A DNA stretch of 64,000 nt from Candidatus Altimarinota bacterium (GTDB taxonomy: Bacteria > Patescibacteriota > Gracilibacteria > 1-14-2-50-48-13): positions 1,555,056-1,619,055 of the forward strand of contig JBKBWQ010000001.1 in NCBI GenBank assembly GCA_046314355.1, read 5' to 3'. Of the stretch, positions 61,615 through 64,000 are shown one piece after another; the first letter of the stretch is position 1; every line of letters starts with the position of its first letter. Made by a program: the position numbers and the translations under genes. The notes beneath the pieces were generated by a model. That model had not been told where the DNA came from and ran no database searches. It worked only from the letters and a program-made list of their open reading frames with translations.

Positions 61615-62310
61615 ATGCACAATATACTTATTGTGGAAGATGAACGTGTCATTGCGCAAAGTCTTCAAAAATACCTGCAGAAATCATCTTATAATGTTTC
61701 TGTAGCATACACCTATGATGATGGCTTATCGCAGGCCTTATCGTTGGTGCCAGATATCTTATGTGTAGATATCTCTTTAGGCTGTAGTAAAACAGGTATG
61801 GATCTGTGTGACGAAGTAAGAAAAGTCAGACCGAATATACCGTTACTCATTGTTACGGCAAACTCATTAGAAGACTATATGGAAGAGACCCTCTCACTTG
61901 GTCTTACCGATTACATTTCAAAACCATACCATCCGGAAGAAATACGAATTCGTATTGATCATTTGATGCGCATGCAGAAAAAATATCCACTTTTAGAACC
62001 AATCTCTGCTGAGATTGAGACTATTGCAGATGATTTTGTGGTGATGCACAATAATTCAAAAGTAGTGATTAATGGTGAAGAAAAGCATGTTCCTAAGACT
62101 TTGAAACATCTGCTGGATTTGCTTCTTGAACACCGTAATACTATCGTCTCTCACCAGTATCTGCATGAGAAAATATGGGGAGATTATTTTGACGTAGAAA
62201 AAAAACGTGAAATACGCGCTCATACAAAACGTTTGAGACATATATTAGGTCCAAAGTACGGTCCTAAACTGCAGAATGTCAAATCCCAGGGGTATATTTT
62301 TACTTTTTAA
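61615..62310 (+). CDS. OmpR-type response regulator (REC + wHTH)
   Basis: ILIVEDE, PDILCVD, VTA, YISKPY; LL..LL....IVS...L...IWG, H.KRLR..L, V...GY; start set at ATG 61615. Confidence 0.9.
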   Translation: MHNILIVEDERVIAQSLQKYLQKSSYNVSVAYTYDDGLSQALSLVPDILCVDISLGCSKTGMDLCDEVRKVRPNIPLLIVTANSLEDYMEETLSLGLTDYISKPYHPEEIRIRIDHLMRMQKKYPLLEPISAEIETIADDFVVMHNNSKVVINGEEKHVPKTLKHLLDLLLEHRNTIVSHQYLHEKIWGDYFDVEKKREIRAHTKRLRHILGPKYGPKLQNVKSQGYIFTF

Positions 62311-63013
62311 ATATATCCTTGTCCATTTCAGTAAAGAAACCATACCAGCCTCCCCATGAATTTTGGATGTGATCTGCATAGGTACCGAGAGCTTTTCTAA
62401 TGATGAGAATATGTGCTTTCACACTCATCCCTGTGTAGGAGTCGGCATCCTTCGTTGCCTGAGTGATCTCACTTGAGTGAATATACTGATTTGGTCTTCT
62501 AAATAGATAAGAGAAAACTAGAAGAGATAATCTTCCTAGAGGTATAAGTTTGCCGTTAATAGTTAACATATTATGCTCTTCATCCACATGGATTGCCCGG
62601 TATACTTCATGATCAGGAAGAATATTTTTCTTTTCTTTAGATTTATCTTTTTGTTCTTCCACTAGTTTTATGGCCTTTTTAACGATGAATACATCTAGAT
62701 TTCTTTTTTCGAGGAATGTATTTGCTCCAGCTTCCATCATCTGCGCTATAAGCTCATTATCTACCTCGGAGGCAGTAAACATAATAATAATACTATTTGG
62801 ATTCCGGCTTCTGGCTTTTCTACAGAGTTCTATTCCTTCTGCATATTTTTCACTGAGGTGTATATCAAGACAGAAAATATCATAACTAATATATCCTAAC
62901 CTTTCACTTGCCTCAAAATAGTTATTGTAGCAGTCTACTGTGTATCCATCATGAAAACATCTTTCAAGAATAGAGGTGATAGTAGGATTATCATCTACAA
63001 TAAGTACGCGCAT
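62300..63013 (-). CDS. OmpR-type response regulator (REC + wHTH), convergent with 11-bp overlap
   Basis: VLIVDD, YDIFCLD, FTAS, FLEK; VKAHI..IRK.LG, I.N.WG..Y. Confidence 0.85.
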   Translation of the reverse strand: MRVLIVDDNPTITSILERCFHDGYTVDCYNNYFEASERLGYISYDIFCLDIHLSEKYAEGIELCRKARSRNPNSIIIMFTASEVDNELIAQMMEAGANTFLEKRNLDVFIVKKAIKLVEEQKDKSKEKKNILPDHEVYRAIHVDEEHNMLTINGKLIPLGRLSLLVFSYLFRRPNQYIHSSEITQATKDADSYTGMSVKAHILIIRKALGTYADHIQNSWGGWYGFFTEMDKDIFKK

Positions 63014-63208
63014 ACAGGAGATATGAAGAAATAAAAACTCATATATATTTTCTATAATTATACTCTTTGAACTGTAGTGTATCTATATAAAAAATTAATT
63101 CTATACAAAAATACTCATAATACACATTTTATATGAATATGTGGATAATATAGTACAACATGGGAGTGAAAACTTGGTAAAAAACAATAGGTTTTTACTC
63201 CTATACAG

Positions 63209-63240
63209 AGAAAAGAGACATTTTTTTATGTCTCTTTTCT
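63209..63240. terminator. Intrinsic terminator
   Basis: AGAAAAGAGACA...TGTCTCTTTTCT. Confidence 0.7.
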
Positions 63241-63265
63241 TGTAAATAATGACTGGCTGTTTTTC

Positions 63266-63718
63266 TTACTCTTTTAAGAGTTTGATAGTAATAGGTACGC
63301 CTTTATAAGATCCTGCTGTCTCCTCAATAGGATTCTCACCTCTCTGTACTTTGTCAAGTACAGGACTAATACGGTTCCAGACGCTATCTGAGATAGTTCC
63401 AGGAAGATTTAGCTCTAAGGGAGCCTTAAAGAAACCAATACCAGCAGCTACCTTTGCAACTGCATGATCAGTCTGCCATTCAAGTCCGTTGAAGTCGATG
63501 GAAAGTCCTGCGGAAATCTCGTATTTATAGTTTTGACTTCCAAGGGTTAGATGATCTTTGGAGAGAGTAAGTACTTGAGGCTGTCCGTTTACAGGAACTG
63601 TAAGAGTAAGGGGCTGATTGTTTATGTCCACACTGCTAGCTGCAAGAGTAGTCTTCAACTGCTCATACACTGTATTAAGTTCCTGTGGAGAAATAATAGA
63701 AGCTGGAGCGTCTGCCAT
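63266..63718 (-). CDS. Hypothetical protein
   Basis: 150-aa ORF followed by a terminator. Confidence 0.7.
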   Translation of the reverse strand: MADAPASIISPQELNTVYEQLKTTLAASSVDINNQPLTLTVPVNGQPQVLTLSKDHLTLGSQNYKYEISAGLSIDFNGLEWQTDHAVAKVAAGIGFFKAPLELNLPGTISDSVWNRISPVLDKVQRGENPIEETAGSYKGVPITIKLLKE

Positions 63719-64000
63719 GGAGAAAAGAAAAAGGATAATCTGTAATAATTATATCATAGATCTTGTCATTTGTGACCAAAAATGTGTCATTCCCGTACTG
63801 ATCTTCATCAGCATAAATTCCGACGGGAACCCATTGCGGGGTATTGGTTTATTCAACTAGTGTTCTTATAGTGTTCACAAATGTTCTTATAAGAAATAAA
63901 GGTTCGGGTGAAGTGAAGGGTGTTTGATGACATAGGTGGTTTCTTCTTCACCTGCCGGTGGGGCGTTACTTTTGTGACCAAAAGGTAACCAAAAGTCTTG

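Overview
AT-rich bacterial chromosomal DNA read with the standard code. It looks most like a Patescibacteria/CPR lineage (Peregrinibacteria-like); this is inferred from SLH-anchored giant surface proteins, mostly SD-less pyrimidine-rich translation starts and many lineage-specific ORFs. The left part carries surface genes, including an 18-kb gene for a 5999-aa adhesin-like protein. The middle is a housekeeping mix (RsmF-like, DsbB-like, Nudix/SLOG, SufS-like, uvrA, xth, trhO, pepF, tRNA-His, tRNA-Gly). It also holds two candidate small RNAs and three diverged paralogous genes, each with its own promoter, SD and terminator. The best candidate for an undescribed system is at 49.6-63.0 kb: two copies of a three-gene module [GNAT-fold acyltransferase with Cys/His insert -> LuxN-like multi-TM/GAF histidine kinase -> tandem-domain SpeD-like pyruvoyl decarboxylase], next to two OmpR-type response regulators. 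The copies have decayed reciprocally. Copy 1 keeps the decarboxylase E-S-H site but its kinase has lost the phospho-His; copy 2 has an intact kinase but an E-A-H decarboxylase. This suggests a quorum-sensing-like signal synthesis and reception circuit. All calls come from reading motifs by eye; no database searches were run.
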